This document shows, piece by piece, positions 1 through 10,700 of a stretch of DNA of 64,000 bases. The position numbers and the translations under genes were made by a program. Under the pieces are notes generated by a model that saw only the letters and a program-made list of their open reading frames with translations, was not told the origin of the DNA and ran no database searches. The stretch lies in the NCBI GenBank assembly GCA_964553825.1, contig CAZKLT010000001.1, positions 126,989 through 190,988 of the forward strand. Direction: 5' to 3'. Source of the DNA: an uncultured Gammaproteobacteria bacterium. GTDB taxonomy: Bacteria > Patescibacteriota > Microgenomatia > UBA10105 > UBA927. Every line of letters begins with the position of its first letter. Position 1 is the first letter of the stretch.

Positions 1-572
1 CAGAGCAGGAATTCTTAAAATTCGCCAGGGAAGGGTACATGTTTCCGGACACGTATCTCATACCCAGAGATGCCACTGCAGGAGGAATAGTGCAGATGTT
101 TGTAGATAATTTTAATAAGAAAGTTACGCCTCAGATGCGTGAAGATTCCAAGAAAAGCGGTTTAACTTTTGAGCAGGTGATTGTTCTCGCGTCGATAGTA
201 GAGCGTGAAGGGCGGTCAGCAGCTGACAGACCTGTTATTGCAGGAATACTTCTGAAGCGACTACAGAATGATTGGCCGCTTCAAGCAGATGCGACGCTTC
301 AGTACGCACTAGGGTATCAATCGTTTGAGAAGTCATGGTGGAAAAAGGCTTTGACGAATGCTGATAAGGAGGTGAAATCCCCGTTTAACACCTATGAAAA
401 TCCTGGATTGCCGCCTCACCCAATAGCTAACCCCGGCATAGAATCGATTAAGGCGGTTATTTATGCGAAAGAATCTCCGTATTGGTACTATCTTCATGAT
501 CCCACCGGTGGCGTGCACTACGGAGCAACGCTCGAAGAACATAACGCCAATATAGAACAATACCTTCGATAG
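1..572 (+). CDS. mltG: Endolytic murein transglycosylase MltG/YceG, C-terminal part (5' truncated by window edge)
   Basis: The frame stays open to position 3. The conserved EGYMFPDTY and LPPHPIANPG motifs of the YceG/MltG family are present. Confidence 0.75.
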   Translation, partial: EQEFLKFAREGYMFPDTYLIPRDATAGGIVQMFVDNFNKKVTPQMREDSKKSGLTFEQVIVLASIVEREGRSAADRPVIAGILLKRLQNDWPLQADATLQYALGYQSFEKSWWKKALTNADKEVKSPFNTYENPGLPPHPIANPGIESIKAVIYAKESPYWYYLHDPTGGVHYGATLEEHNANIEQYLR

Positions 573-582
573 ACGATTTTCT

Positions 583-2268
583 ATGCGACGAATCAGCATT
601 TGGTTTATTGGTTTTTTTGCTTCGTTGATGATCGTCGCATCTCCAGTCAGCGCGGAAGAAATCACTTCGTACGATACGGTGTTTACCATACAACGTGATG
701 GAGCTGTTGCCGTCCGGGAGCGTATTCTTTATGATTTTGGTTCTGAAGAGCGCCATGGAATATTCAGAGTGATTCCGGTGCTCAAAATGAATTCCAGTGG
801 AAAGAAATTCGTACTATCTTTTTCAAATTTTTCCGTGAGCGATGACAAAGGGGCTGCGTATGCCTATTCCGAAAGTCAGAAAGACAATGAAATTACTCTT
901 AAGATAGGAAATCCCGATGTCACTATCCGCGGGGAGCATATATATGATATTTCCTATCTCGTTGGCGGAGGACTCACATATTTCTCGGACCATGACGAGT
1001 TTTACTGGAACATAACCGGAAATAAATGGGAAGTACCGATAGCATCTGCCTCATCGCGCATTGTGCTCCCTGCAGAAGTGGCGGAGGAAGATATTGCCGT
1101 AACCTGTTATACCGGTATTGACGGGAGCACACAAAGGGCGTGTACGTGGACGTATCATTCCGCCGAAAGGACGGTTGCGGTTGATCTGACAAGCAGATTG
1201 TCCCCCTATGAAGGTTTGACTATCGTTGTAGGATTTCCCAAGGGACTCGTTGCACGTATTGAGCCGAAGGAGTATATCCCTTTTTGGGAAACAACCCAGG
1301 GAGTTTTCCTCTTAGGAGCACTTATTGTGGCTGCGTTTTTGTGGTACGTCGTTGCGCCGCTTATTTTGCCTGTTATTTGGTGGAAATACGGACGAGATCC
1401 TTCTGTCCCTGTCGGTGTCGCAACGGCCTGGTTTAGCGCTCCGAAAGGTAGGCATGGTCGTCTATTGAGTCCTGGAGAAACAGGAACGCTTATGGATGAG
1501 CGGGCGGACAATTCCGATATAACCGCAACGATTATTGATTTAGCAAGAAGAGGGTATCTACGTATAGAGGAAAAAACAAAGGGTGATATTCATCTTAAGA
1601 AAGTATCATCAGGTACCAGTGAAGACACACTACGGCCGTTCGAAAGAACGCTGCTGGAAGGAATATTTAAATCAAAAAATGAAATAACACTAAAAACAGC
1701 TCGCCTTGATACTGTCGTCAGGGAGACGAAAATTCTGTTACATGATGCTGTCGTTGACGAGGGGTTTTTTCCGAAAAATCCTCAGTCTGTTCGCACCGCC
1801 TATACTGCAGGGAGCATCTTTGCATTGATGACAGGAAACTTCTTATTGTTTCTTTCAGTGCTATTATTTGGCTATCATATGCCCAGAAAAACCCTTTCGG
1901 GAGCGTCAGCAGCAAACGTCGCACGAGCCCTAAAAAAATTTATTACGAGCCAGGAGCGCCAGTTTGCGTTCCAGGCAGAGAGGCAACTCTTGTTTGAGAA
2001 AATGCTTCCGTTTGCCGTGGCTTTTGGCGTTGAAAAAATCTGGATAGCACGGTTTGCTCAGATGCACCTAAAGTCACCTCATTGGTATCAGGGGTATTCT
2101 TCGGGAGGAAGGTTTAACGCCCTAGTATTTGCAGATTCTCTTCATCGTGCATCTTCCGGAATAACACATGCAGCGACGCCTGTTTCTTCGACGAGTGGAT
2201 TCTCATCGGGATTTTCTGGAGGATCCTCAGGCGGCGGGGGCGGGGGAGGCGGCGGGGGCAGTTGGTAG
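583..2268 (+). CDS. DUF2207-family membrane protein with signal peptide, two TM helices and a poly-Gly C-terminal tail
   Basis: The N-terminal domain pattern (ITSYDTVFTIQRDGAVAVRERILYDFG..GIFRVIP) is typical of DUF2207. There are hydrophobic segments and a GGGGGGGGGSW C-terminus. Confidence 0.6.
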   Translation: MRRISIWFIGFFASLMIVASPVSAEEITSYDTVFTIQRDGAVAVRERILYDFGSEERHGIFRVIPVLKMNSSGKKFVLSFSNFSVSDDKGAAYAYSESQKDNEITLKIGNPDVTIRGEHIYDISYLVGGGLTYFSDHDEFYWNITGNKWEVPIASASSRIVLPAEVAEEDIAVTCYTGIDGSTQRACTWTYHSAERTVAVDLTSRLSPYEGLTIVVGFPKGLVARIEPKEYIPFWETTQGVFLLGALIVAAFLWYVVAPLILPVIWWKYGRDPSVPVGVATAWFSAPKGRHGRLLSPGETGTLMDERADNSDITATIIDLARRGYLRIEEKTKGDIHLKKVSSGTSEDTLRPFERTLLEGIFKSKNEITLKTARLDTVVRETKILLHDAVVDEGFFPKNPQSVRTAYTAGSIFALMTGNFLLFLSVLLFGYHMPRKTLSGASAANVARALKKFITSQERQFAFQAERQLLFEKMLPFAVAFGVEKIWIARFAQMHLKSPHWYQGYSSGGRFNALVFADSLHRASSGITHAATPVSSTSGFSSGFSGGSSGGGGGGGGGGSW

Positions 2269-2441
2269 ATATTCTCTACCCTAAAGCACAAGGAGAGAGA
2301 AGTTTTTTACCTTTGCATATTATGCAGGCGGGTACAGCGGAATCTTTATTAGCAGACATGGGAATAAAGAAGGCATGAACGGGTCGGATCAGGAAGCTTG
2401 AAGAATGTGGAATTAAAAACACGCTCGACTAAGTGTCTAAG

Positions 2442-2771
2442 TCAGCGATCGGCCGTCGTTATTTCCCTGAGCACCTTTGCCTTCACCGCATTTGCAGTTT
2501 TTAGAATTTGTTTCTCTATGTCTGTGGTGATTCGTTCTTTGAGAAACTCCAGGATTTTTTTATCCTCCGGAATGGTGTGGAAGTGAATTAGGAATGTCTC
2601 GTGATGTTTTCTGGGAAGGTTCGCAAAAATCGTAGCAAGTATTTCTTGATGCATGGTGCGATCAATTATTTCGAGCAATTCTGCTTGTTCATCTTTCGGA
2701 ATGTTCCGTTCGTCGAATAACGCAACGACTTCCTCGATAATGACAAGATGGTCATAGAAGAGTTTTTTCAT
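2442..2771 (-). CDS. Hypothetical small helical protein
   Basis: 109-aa ORF that overlaps the upstream gene by 4 nt (operon-like). No recognisable motif. Confidence 0.4.
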   Translation of the reverse strand: MKKLFYDHLVIIEEVVALFDERNIPKDEQAELLEIIDRTMHQEILATIFANLPRKHHETFLIHFHTIPEDKKILEFLKERITTDIEKQILKTANAVKAKVLREITTADR

Positions 2772-3673
2772 TTTGCTTCCTTTGCTAACGCCGTGTGCGT
2801 TTCTTTTTTTACCGGACCAAGCGGAATAGTATTATTCGGATCGTCGACGAACAGTATTACGACTGGCCCTTTTTGGGCGCCGTCTTTTGACTCAAGGTAA
2901 TGCATCACTTCGGGTGACCCGCCAAAGCTTTTTCCGGTAAATTTGGCAGGTCCTGCATCAGCAACGACTGCGATAATGGCCTTGCCGTTTTTTGGATTCA
3001 TTACCATTACCTTTCGGTATTTATACCATTCCCGGAGGTGAGAGAGTCGTTCTTCCCAGTCGGGAAGATAGAGTGTCTGCACCGCGACATAGTATTTTTC
3101 CTTTTCATATAAATCCTGTGTCATTTGCGCTTTGGAAGGAGCAAAGTAGCTCCATGCGCCTCGTCCAGGGGTTATGCCAGACTCCCGGTATGCATCCTGT
3201 GGTTCCATCGTGTCGCCTGGGTAACGAGGCAGATGCTGTTCCGCGCCGATGTAGCCATATGTTGTATTGAGGTGTTCACCGTCGAGGCGGGCTTTTACCG
3301 GAATATTCCAGCCCAGGTGAACGAGTTTTTCTATGGCGTCTTCTTCATCCGGCGTTAGTGGTCTGGGATGAGACGGCAGAAGCGCGTTCAGGTTTGCCCG
3401 AAAAATATCTTGCAACTGATCTGCTGGCATGGAGGAAAGCTTTTCCGTTTGCTTGGGAAGATGGTTGAGAAGTGGATTGGAAAGAAACATAGCGCCAGCA
3501 AGCGCACTGGCACTAGCAAGTTTACCTGCCTGGTGCCGGATATGTTTTACCTGCAAACCACGCGTCTTGAACCATTTTGTAACATGGGGATAGGTTCCAT
3601 GAAGCTTTTTTTCTGAAAGCTCTGCATGACGCTCCAGTGCCTGACGTAATTTTGAGGTGTCGAGAGTAGTCAT
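2768..3673 (-). CDS. Hypothetical protein, possible C-terminal RlpA/3D-like double-psi beta-barrel (cell-wall associated)
   Basis: 301-aa ORF. The C-terminal segment KVMVMNPKNGKAIIAVVADAGP....FGGSPEVMHYL resembles the DPBB fold of RlpA/MltA 3D domains. This assignment is weak. Confidence 0.45.
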   Translation of the reverse strand: MTTLDTSKLRQALERHAELSEKKLHGTYPHVTKWFKTRGLQVKHIRHQAGKLASASALAGAMFLSNPLLNHLPKQTEKLSSMPADQLQDIFRANLNALLPSHPRPLTPDEEDAIEKLVHLGWNIPVKARLDGEHLNTTYGYIGAEQHLPRYPGDTMEPQDAYRESGITPGRGAWSYFAPSKAQMTQDLYEKEKYYVAVQTLYLPDWEERLSHLREWYKYRKVMVMNPKNGKAIIAVVADAGPAKFTGKSFGGSPEVMHYLESKDGAQKGPVVILFVDDPNNTIPLGPVKKETHTALAKEAK

Positions 3674-3702
3674 GAATATATAACTATTGTACTATAGAGC
3701 AC

Positions 3703-4296
3703 ATGCCAAAAAACGTTTCTGATTTGCATGAAATTGTGCTCGGCACACAGAAAATTGTTTATGAGGTTCGCGTGAGTCCGAGGGCGAGATATCTGCGAAT
3801 GACGATGAATATGGTCGGTGGACTCACGGTGACCGTTCCTCGGTTCGGCGGGAGACACTTGGTTGAAGATTTTCTGAGAGAAAAGGCGGCATGGATTCTC
3901 CTGCACCATAATCGGATTAAGAAGTTGAAAGAAAAGACGGTGCTTCCACAGAGTAACGAAGCGTACACGCGGAATAAAAATAGTTTTCTAAAGCGAATTA
4001 AGGAGCGATTGGAATTTTTTAATGGTTTGTATCGATTCTCTTACCGGAATGTACGTATTGGAAATCAACGATCTTTATGGGGCAGTTGTAGCCGGTCGGG
4101 AAATCTTCAATTTAATTTTAAGTTGAGTTATCTCCCACAGGAAGCGATAGATTATGTTGTGGTGCACGAATTATGTCACTTACAAGAGCACAATCATGGG
4201 CCCAAATTCTGGGCTCTTGTTTCCAAAACAATACCCCAACACAGGAAAATACGAAAAACGTTGCGTGGATATATCCTCAATAGTGAGGTGTTATAA
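3703..4296 (+). CDS. YgjP-like (DUF45 / M48-like) zinc-dependent hydrolase
   Basis: Characteristic HELCHLQEHNHGPKFWALV motif (HExxH followed by conserved aromatic residues) of the DUF45/YgjP family. Confidence 0.7.
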   Translation: MPKNVSDLHEIVLGTQKIVYEVRVSPRARYLRMTMNMVGGLTVTVPRFGGRHLVEDFLREKAAWILLHHNRIKKLKEKTVLPQSNEAYTRNKNSFLKRIKERLEFFNGLYRFSYRNVRIGNQRSLWGSCSRSGNLQFNFKLSYLPQEAIDYVVVHELCHLQEHNHGPKFWALVSKTIPQHRKIRKTLRGYILNSEVL

Positions 4297-4308
4297 TGGT
4301 GCGACGTT

Positions 4309-5364
4309 ATGCAAACTACGATTCTTTGCCCGCATTGTAAAACAGAAATCGAGCTTAAGGATGCGCTTATACACCAGATAGAAGAAAAAGTGCTCGGGGA
4401 TGAGCGCAGAAAGCACGATGAAGAAGTGGCAGATTATAAAAAGAAACTTGAGCTTGCCCAGAACGCGGAGCTAGAAATCAGGAAACAGAAAAATCAGCTC
4501 GATGAGGAACGGCGTACTTTGAAACTCGAAATACAAAGACAAATGGACGAGGAACGAGCAAAAATTCGGGAAAAAACAGCAGAAGAAGTCATGGAGTCAC
4601 AGCGACTAAAAGACAAAGAAAAAGATAAGGTAATCGACGATCTCAAAAAAGCGCTGGACGACGCCCAACGAAAAGCCTCGCAGGGGTCGCAGCAACTTCA
4701 GGGCGAAGTTCAGGAATTAGACCTGGAGTCTACACTCAGAAATATTATGGTGACTGATCTTATCGAGCCTGTCGCCAAAGGAGTACTTGGAGCTGATATT
4801 CGACAGGTAGTGAAAACACAGCGCGGAAATACCTGTGGAACCATTTTATGGGAATCGAAACGAACAAAAGCCTGGTCGGACGGCTGGATAGCAAAATTGA
4901 AGGAAGATCAGTTGAAAGACAAGGCAAATGTTGCGGCTATCGTTTCTGATGTGCTCCCTGAAGAAATAAAATCCGGTATCGGCCTGAAAGACGGAATTTG
5001 GGTTTGTTCGACAAAACTCGTTGTTCCGTTGGCGATGCTTCTACATAAAGCGATAGAAGACGCAGCAAGGCAAAAATTTATCTCTGATAGACGACAAACA
5101 GATGCAGAGCGCATTTATGCAGTCGTTACGAGTCATGAGTTTGTCCAGCAAGTGGACTCAATGATGGAGACGTATGCACAGATGCTGGAACAAATTACGA
5201 AAGAACGGAATGTCTTTGAAAAGTCCTGGAAAGCGCGGGAATCCCAGGTGCGCCATCTCATGCTTGGAGTGTCGGGAATTGTAGGTCAACTGCAGGATGC
5301 TGCGGGACCCGCGTTACCAGTCATAAAAAGCCTGGAACTTCATGGTGAAGACGAACAATCATAA
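4309..5364 (+). CDS. DUF2130-family protein: N-terminal Zn-ribbon (CPHC), long coiled coil, C-terminal PD-(D/E)XK-like core
   Basis: N-terminal CPHCKTEIELKD, a highly charged heptad-like region (residues about 30-140), and a C-terminal GAD...ILWESKRTK motif consistent with a (P)D..(D/E)xK nuclease core. Confidence 0.6.
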   Translation: MQTTILCPHCKTEIELKDALIHQIEEKVLGDERRKHDEEVADYKKKLELAQNAELEIRKQKNQLDEERRTLKLEIQRQMDEERAKIREKTAEEVMESQRLKDKEKDKVIDDLKKALDDAQRKASQGSQQLQGEVQELDLESTLRNIMVTDLIEPVAKGVLGADIRQVVKTQRGNTCGTILWESKRTKAWSDGWIAKLKEDQLKDKANVAAIVSDVLPEEIKSGIGLKDGIWVCSTKLVVPLAMLLHKAIEDAARQKFISDRRQTDAERIYAVVTSHEFVQQVDSMMETYAQMLEQITKERNVFEKSWKARESQVRHLMLGVSGIVGQLQDAAGPALPVIKSLELHGEDEQS

Positions 5365-6282
5365 CCGCGCGTCCACCGTGTAAACACCGAAGTCTTTCCC
5401 TCCCAGTTCGTATTTGTACCGCTCAGATCCCTGAAGGAAATTGTATTCCTGAAAGCCTTTTTCAATCGCGCGTTTAATGCTTTGTGCTTTCAGATAAAAT
5501 CCGGCGTTCTGACAACACGATCGGTCAAATCCGGAGTTGTAGAGATAATAGGTTTTATCATGGGTAAATGAAAGTGTTCCTGCTGCGGGCTTTCCGTCGA
5601 TGGTAAGCAGGAGAAGCGAGGTCTGATCGGAAAATGCGCCGACCATTTTAACGAAGAATGTTTTCATTTGATCAGTTAAGAATTTTTCTTTTGCTGAATC
5701 TTTCTGCATAAGGGTCAGAAAGATATGTATGTCTCGCACAGGATCGCTACTCTCATTGATGATTGCGTTTACATGTTCGCGCTCAAACTTTCGCAGTTTT
5801 CGTTCGAGTTCATGGCGATATTTTCGCGTGAGCGATGACAAATATTCATCCCATGTCCCAGGAAGCGCTACTTTTGGCGTTGTATCCTCTTTTTGTAACG
5901 TCGTGTGTGGCTGGCGGGAAAAAAATGTGAGTGTGGATGAGGACTCCGGGATATTTCTTAGATGAATATGGGTAATGTGTAGACTCTTTAAGTAGGAGAG
6001 TAATTCCACCCACGCGGTTTGTTTTTCTACAGACGATCCCAGTACATCCAAATAATCGGCGATTTCCTCTCCTCCAGAAAAGCTAATCTTATGACCTTTC
6101 CTCATGAAAGGGGCAAGAACGGTATCGTTAACGTGAAGTACGAATGCATTATCTTCTTCCTGGAAGACGTCATACCATATCCGGTGCCAGTCGTAACAAA
6201 CAAATGGAACTGGAAGGTCATTCTTGTGGCATGCATGGAGCCATATATCTTTTGCTTGGCTAAAGGGGACTTGTGTAATCAT
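5359..6282 (-). CDS. GNAT-fold acyltransferase of the FemAB/CelD (Acetyltransf_6) type
   Basis: C-terminal YNSGFD...FYLKAQSIKRAIEKGFQEYNFLQGSERYKYELGG resembles the BioF2-like/CelD acetyltransferase family. It overlaps the upstream gene end by 6 nt in a convergent arrangement. Confidence 0.55.
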   Translation of the reverse strand: MITQVPFSQAKDIWLHACHKNDLPVPFVCYDWHRIWYDVFQEEDNAFVLHVNDTVLAPFMRKGHKISFSGGEEIADYLDVLGSSVEKQTAWVELLSYLKSLHITHIHLRNIPESSSTLTFFSRQPHTTLQKEDTTPKVALPGTWDEYLSSLTRKYRHELERKLRKFEREHVNAIINESSDPVRDIHIFLTLMQKDSAKEKFLTDQMKTFFVKMVGAFSDQTSLLLLTIDGKPAAGTLSFTHDKTYYLYNSGFDRSCCQNAGFYLKAQSIKRAIEKGFQEYNFLQGSERYKYELGGKDFGVYTVDARL

Positions 6283-6310
6283 CGCAATATTGTACTATAT
6301 CGCTACGACT

Positions 6311-7150
6311 ATGGTGAAAGACAAATTTTCCGCGGTGTGGGTTTCTCACTCATCGATCAGTGATTATTTGAAGTGTCCTCGCGCATATTTTTTAAAAAAT
6401 ATATATCGGGATCCGAAAACAGGCCATAAAATCATGCTCATGCAGCCGCCGTTAGCATTGGGTCAGGTAGTTCATGAAGTTATTGAGTCATTATCCAAGT
6501 TTCCGGCTACGGAAAGAAAATTTGATACCCTGCTGTCGCAGTATGAATCGACCTGGAGCACGGTAGCGGGGAAGCTGGGGGGATTTGCGAGTGCTGAAGA
6601 GGAAGAGAAATTTAAATCCCGCGGAGCACGTATGATTCAACGCATAATGGATAATCCGGGGAGATTAAAAAACAAAGCCATTAAACTCAGGCAGGACCTC
6701 CCGTATTTTTGGCTGTCTGAGGAGAGTAATATTATTCTCTGCGGAAAAATTGACTGGCTTGAATATAAAGAGGAAACAGATAGCGTGCATATTATTGACT
6801 TTAAAACCGGAAAATTTGATGAGGATCCTGATTCTCTTCAGTTGCCTATATATTTGCTCTTAACTTCGCGTTGCCAGTCCCGACCCGTTTCAGGAGCAAG
6901 TTATTGGTATGTGGATCGCGATGATGCGCCGGTTGAAGTAACACTTCCCGATCCAAAAGAGTCAGAGGCCAGGGTATTGGAAGCTGCCAACAAAATTCAT
7001 TTGGCGCGTAAACTGGAGCACTTTAAATGTCCACAGAAAGAAGGATGCAGAGTGTGTTTACCCTATGAATCAATTATCGGCGGCCAAGCAACATTTGTCG
7101 GAATCGGCGGGTACTCTCAGGATATTTATATCGCTATCCGACGAACGTAG
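6311..7150 (+). CDS. PD-(D/E)XK family nuclease, Cas4/RecB-like with 4-Cys Fe-S cluster signature
   Basis: N-terminal SISDYLKCPRAYFLK, motifs IIDFKTG and QLPIYLL, and a C-terminal CPQKEGCRVC. The pattern of one N-terminal plus three C-terminal Cys matches Cas4/AddB-type nucleases. The start was moved to the internal ATG at 6311 to avoid overlap with the divergent gene. Confidence 0.65.
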   Translation: MVKDKFSAVWVSHSSISDYLKCPRAYFLKNIYRDPKTGHKIMLMQPPLALGQVVHEVIESLSKFPATERKFDTLLSQYESTWSTVAGKLGGFASAEEEEKFKSRGARMIQRIMDNPGRLKNKAIKLRQDLPYFWLSEESNIILCGKIDWLEYKEETDSVHIIDFKTGKFDEDPDSLQLPIYLLLTSRCQSRPVSGASYWYVDRDDAPVEVTLPDPKESEARVLEAANKIHLARKLEHFKCPQKEGCRVCLPYESIIGGQATFVGIGGYSQDIYIAIRRT

Positions 7151-7151
7151 C

Positions 7152-7568
7152 TTATGCCCAAAGCGCGAGAATTCCACCCATCACCAGGAGCGTTGTTAAC
7201 TGGTAGCCGGTATTGATAAGGAAAAGCTTCCATTGTTTCCCTCCGAAGAGAACTTCGGTAAGCTGAACTGGGGCTACAAATCCAAGCCAAACGAGAAATG
7301 AAAGATACATGCCTTCTGCAAGAGTCATCGCTGGAATTGTTTTAATAAACATTGTGAGAATTACTCCCGTAACAAGCGTGGCCACAAACGAAAGTCCATA
7401 GAGCATGCCCATTTGTTTTTTGGCTTTATCCAGACTCTTTGGGGTATGTCCCATGAGTTTCATCCACGGAGTTCCGAAAAGCATTGGTGAATACCAAAAA
7501 AATCCGATACCCATCGAGGCGATGGCAGCCAGGAAAACGACCAGATAATTCATATATGTTTCCAGCAT
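7152..7568 (-). CDS. DUF1761-family small integral membrane protein
   Basis: MNYLVVFLAAIASMGIGFFWYSPMLFGTPWMKLMG pattern and 3-4 TM helices. An AGGAGG Shine-Dalgarno precedes the internal ATG at 7568. Confidence 0.5.
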   Translation of the reverse strand: MLETYMNYLVVFLAAIASMGIGFFWYSPMLFGTPWMKLMGHTPKSLDKAKKQMGMLYGLSFVATLVTGVILTMFIKTIPAMTLAEGMYLSFLVWLGFVAPVQLTEVLFGGKQWKLFLINTGYQLTTLLVMGGILALWA

Positions 7569-7638
7569 AGTACTTTTCCTCCTACCTTTATTGTAGCCAA
7601 TTCCCAGAGTGGTGTTGCAAGGGGTAAATGTGTGGGTA

Positions 7639-7666
7639 TTGACAACGCGCCAAAACACTATATAAT
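7639..7666 (+). promoter_or_regulatory. Sigma70-like promoter for rpoB-rpoC-rpsL-rpsG (TTGACA-16-TATAAT)
   Basis: Consensus TTGACA at 7639-7644 and TATAAT at 7661-7666, about 90 nt upstream of the rpoB ATG. A short GCGAAC/GTTCGC hairpin lies in the leader. Confidence 0.5.
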
Positions 7667-7752
7667 TTGAAGGTAAGTCAATAGTTACATAGGCGAACGC
7701 TCATTGTTCGCTTCTTTTCGTCGTTCTTTTTGATAGTATAAGGAATTATCAG

Positions 7753-10700
7753 ATGGCAAAAGACTCTGCAAAACAACGATTGTATTGGGGAAAAGATTTT
7801 AAAGATCTTCCCACCTTAGATCTTACCTTGGTGCAGCGGGAATCATATCAATGGTTCTTGGAGCAGGGCATCCGCGATCTTATTACTGAAGTATCTCCGA
7901 TCACAGACTTTACCGGAAAAAATTGGGAGCTTTCATTAGGCGATTACTATTTTGGTCGGCCGCGACTTACTCCTGCTATAGCTCTTGAAAAAGGACTGAC
8001 TTTTGATATGCCGCTGAAAGTCATGGCGACACTCGTAAATAAACAAACGGGACATCATGTTACTCAAGAAGTTTTCTTAGGGGATATTCCCGCAATGACC
8101 GAAAACGGCACGTTCATTATTAATGGTATCGAACGATGCGTCGTAAATCAGTTGGTTCGGTCTCCGGGTATCTATTTCACGGGCACCGTCGACTCTACCA
8201 CGGGAAAAACCCTTCATAGCGCTGAAATCCGACCGATGCACGGTAGCTGGCTCGAATTCATCATGACACGAAATGATGTTTTGATGGTGCGGATTGATCG
8301 CCGACGGAAATTTGTTGCCACGACGTTCCTTCGGGCAATCGGCTTGGGTGACAACGACGAAATCCTCTCAACATTCAGCGAAGTAGACATCAACAAAGAG
8401 CATCGATATATCGAAGCGACGCTGGCAAAGGATCCGACAAAAAGCCATACGGAAGCTGTCCTTGAGTTGTACCGAAAACTTCGCCCGGGTGAGCCAATCG
8501 TGCTAGATAACGCCCAAGAACTTCTTAAGACAATGTTTTTTGATTACCGACGGTATTCTCTTGAGCGGGTCGGGCGATACAAGATGAACAAGAAGTTGAA
8601 CATAGACGTCATTAATGACCGTGACCATTGGGTGTTAACAAAGGAAGACATAATCGGTAGCATCAAAAAGCTTATCGCTCTTTCGAACGGAAAGGACGAT
8701 GTTGATGATATTGACCATTTGGGAAATCGTAGAGTACGCCGGGTCGGAGAGCTCGTGGCGACCAATGCCTTCCGCGTGGGACTTCTCAGGCTCGAGCGAT
8801 CCGTTCGTGAAAAAATGAGCCTTGCTGGCCCGACAGCAGAGGATTTGACCCCCATGCAGTTGGTCAATGCGCGTCCGATTATTGCTTCTATTAACGACTT
8901 TTTCCGCACCAGTCAGCTTTCGACCATTTTGGATCAAACAAATCCGTTGGCAGAAGTCGATAATCTTCGACGGTTGACTGTTATGGGAACTGGTGGAATT
9001 TCCCGCGAACGTGCATCATTCTCCATTCGTGACATTAATGCTTCTCAATATGGGCGTATTTGTCCGGTCAGAAGCCCAGAAGGACCGAATATCGGTCTTG
9101 TTACCTACATGTCCTTATATACAAGAATAAATGAATACGGATTTTTGGAAACTCCGTACAGGAAAGTAGAAAAAGTTGTCCAGGGTGACAAAACTTTGAT
9201 GCGGGTTACCCAGGAAGTTGAATATCTTGACGCAAGTGACGAGCAATATAAGCATATAACACATGCAGGAATTGAAGTGAATGAGGATGGGTATATCGTC
9301 GATGAGCGTATCCCTGTACGATACAAAGGAGAATTTTTAGAAGCCGATGCATCTGTAGTTGAGTATATTGACGTGGTTCCGAGACAGGTCGTTGGCGCTC
9401 CTGCTTCCCTCATTCCGTTCTTGGCACATGACGAAGCGAATCGTGCCCTTATGGGTACACACATGCAGTGTCAGGCAGTTCCTTTGCTTATGCCACAGTC
9501 ACCTGTTGTCGGTACCGGCATGGAGGCGCCAATTTCTCAAACGATGGGACGAGTTGTCCGCGCACGCGAAGATGGCATCGTGAAGTACGCGGATGGAGCA
9601 AGAGTCGTTTTTGAAGGCCATGACGGTCAGGAGCAAACCTATACGCTTGCCAAGTATTCACGATCAGCCCAATCTACGTGTTATAACCAGCGTGTGATGG
9701 TGGCAACTGGTGACAAAGTGAAAAAAGGTCAGGTGCTCGTTGAAGGTCCAGCAAGCGAAGATGGAGAACTGGCGCTTGGAGCGAACGTGGCGATTGCATA
9801 CATGAGTTTTGATGGTTTGGGTTACGAAGACGCCATCGTTATTTCTGACCGATTGGTAAAAGAAGACGTTCTTACCTCTGTGCATATTGAAGAATATGAA
9901 GCAAGCGTTGTTGATACGAAGCTTGGACCCGAAGAAACAACCCGAGATATTCCAAATGTCGGAGAAGAAGCACTGCGAAATCTTGATGAGAATGGTATCG
10001 TCGTTGTCGGCGCTGAGGTAAGTCCAAATGACATTCTCGTAGGAAAAATTGCACCCAAAGGCGAGACAGAGCTTACCGCAGAAGAGCGATTGCTTCGGGC
10101 TATATTCGGTGAAAAAGCGCGAGAAGTTCGCGATACCAGTCTGAGAGTTCCTCATGGCGAGCGGGGCACAGTCATTGAAGTAAAAATTCTTGATAAAGAA
10201 AAGGGTGATGAACTCGAGCCGGGTACAAATAGAAAGATAATCGTGAAAGTAGCACAGATGAGAAAAGTTGTGGTTGGAGATAAGCTTGCAGGGCGCCACG
10301 GAAATAAAGGCGTTATTTCCAAAGTTGTGCCTCAGAGTGACATGCCGTACCTTTCGGACGGTACCGTTGTAGATGTTATTATTTCACCTTTGTCAGTGTT
10401 GTCCCGTATGAATCTCGGTCAACTTCTTGAGGCTCATTTAGGCTTGGCTGCGCTGAAATTGAACGAAAAAATTTCGCTTCCAGTTTTTGAAAACGTCAAA
10501 GAGGATCGTATCACAGAGAAGCTGAAAGAAGCAGGCGTTCCTGTTTCTGGAAAGAGCGAACTTTTCGACGGCAGAACGGGCGAACCCTACAAAGAACCGG
10601 TCGTTGTCGGAGTCGGATATATCCTTAAACTCATCCACATGGTTGAGGACAAGACGCATGCCCGCTCAACCGGACCGTATTCACTTGTTACCCAGCAACC

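Noticed and set aside
2220-2262. G-rich tract (GGCGGCGGGGGCGGGGGAGGCGGCGGGGGC) as a possible repeat or contingency locus
   Set aside because: It simply encodes the poly-Gly C-terminus of the DUF2207 protein. It lies inside a CDS with no phase-variable homopolymer in a promoter or start region.
9664-10299. 211-aa ORF antisense inside rpoB (and nested 9822-10058, 9872-10054)
   Set aside because: It lies fully within the highly conserved rpoB coding region on the opposite strand. It is a typical spurious antisense ORF with no independent signals.
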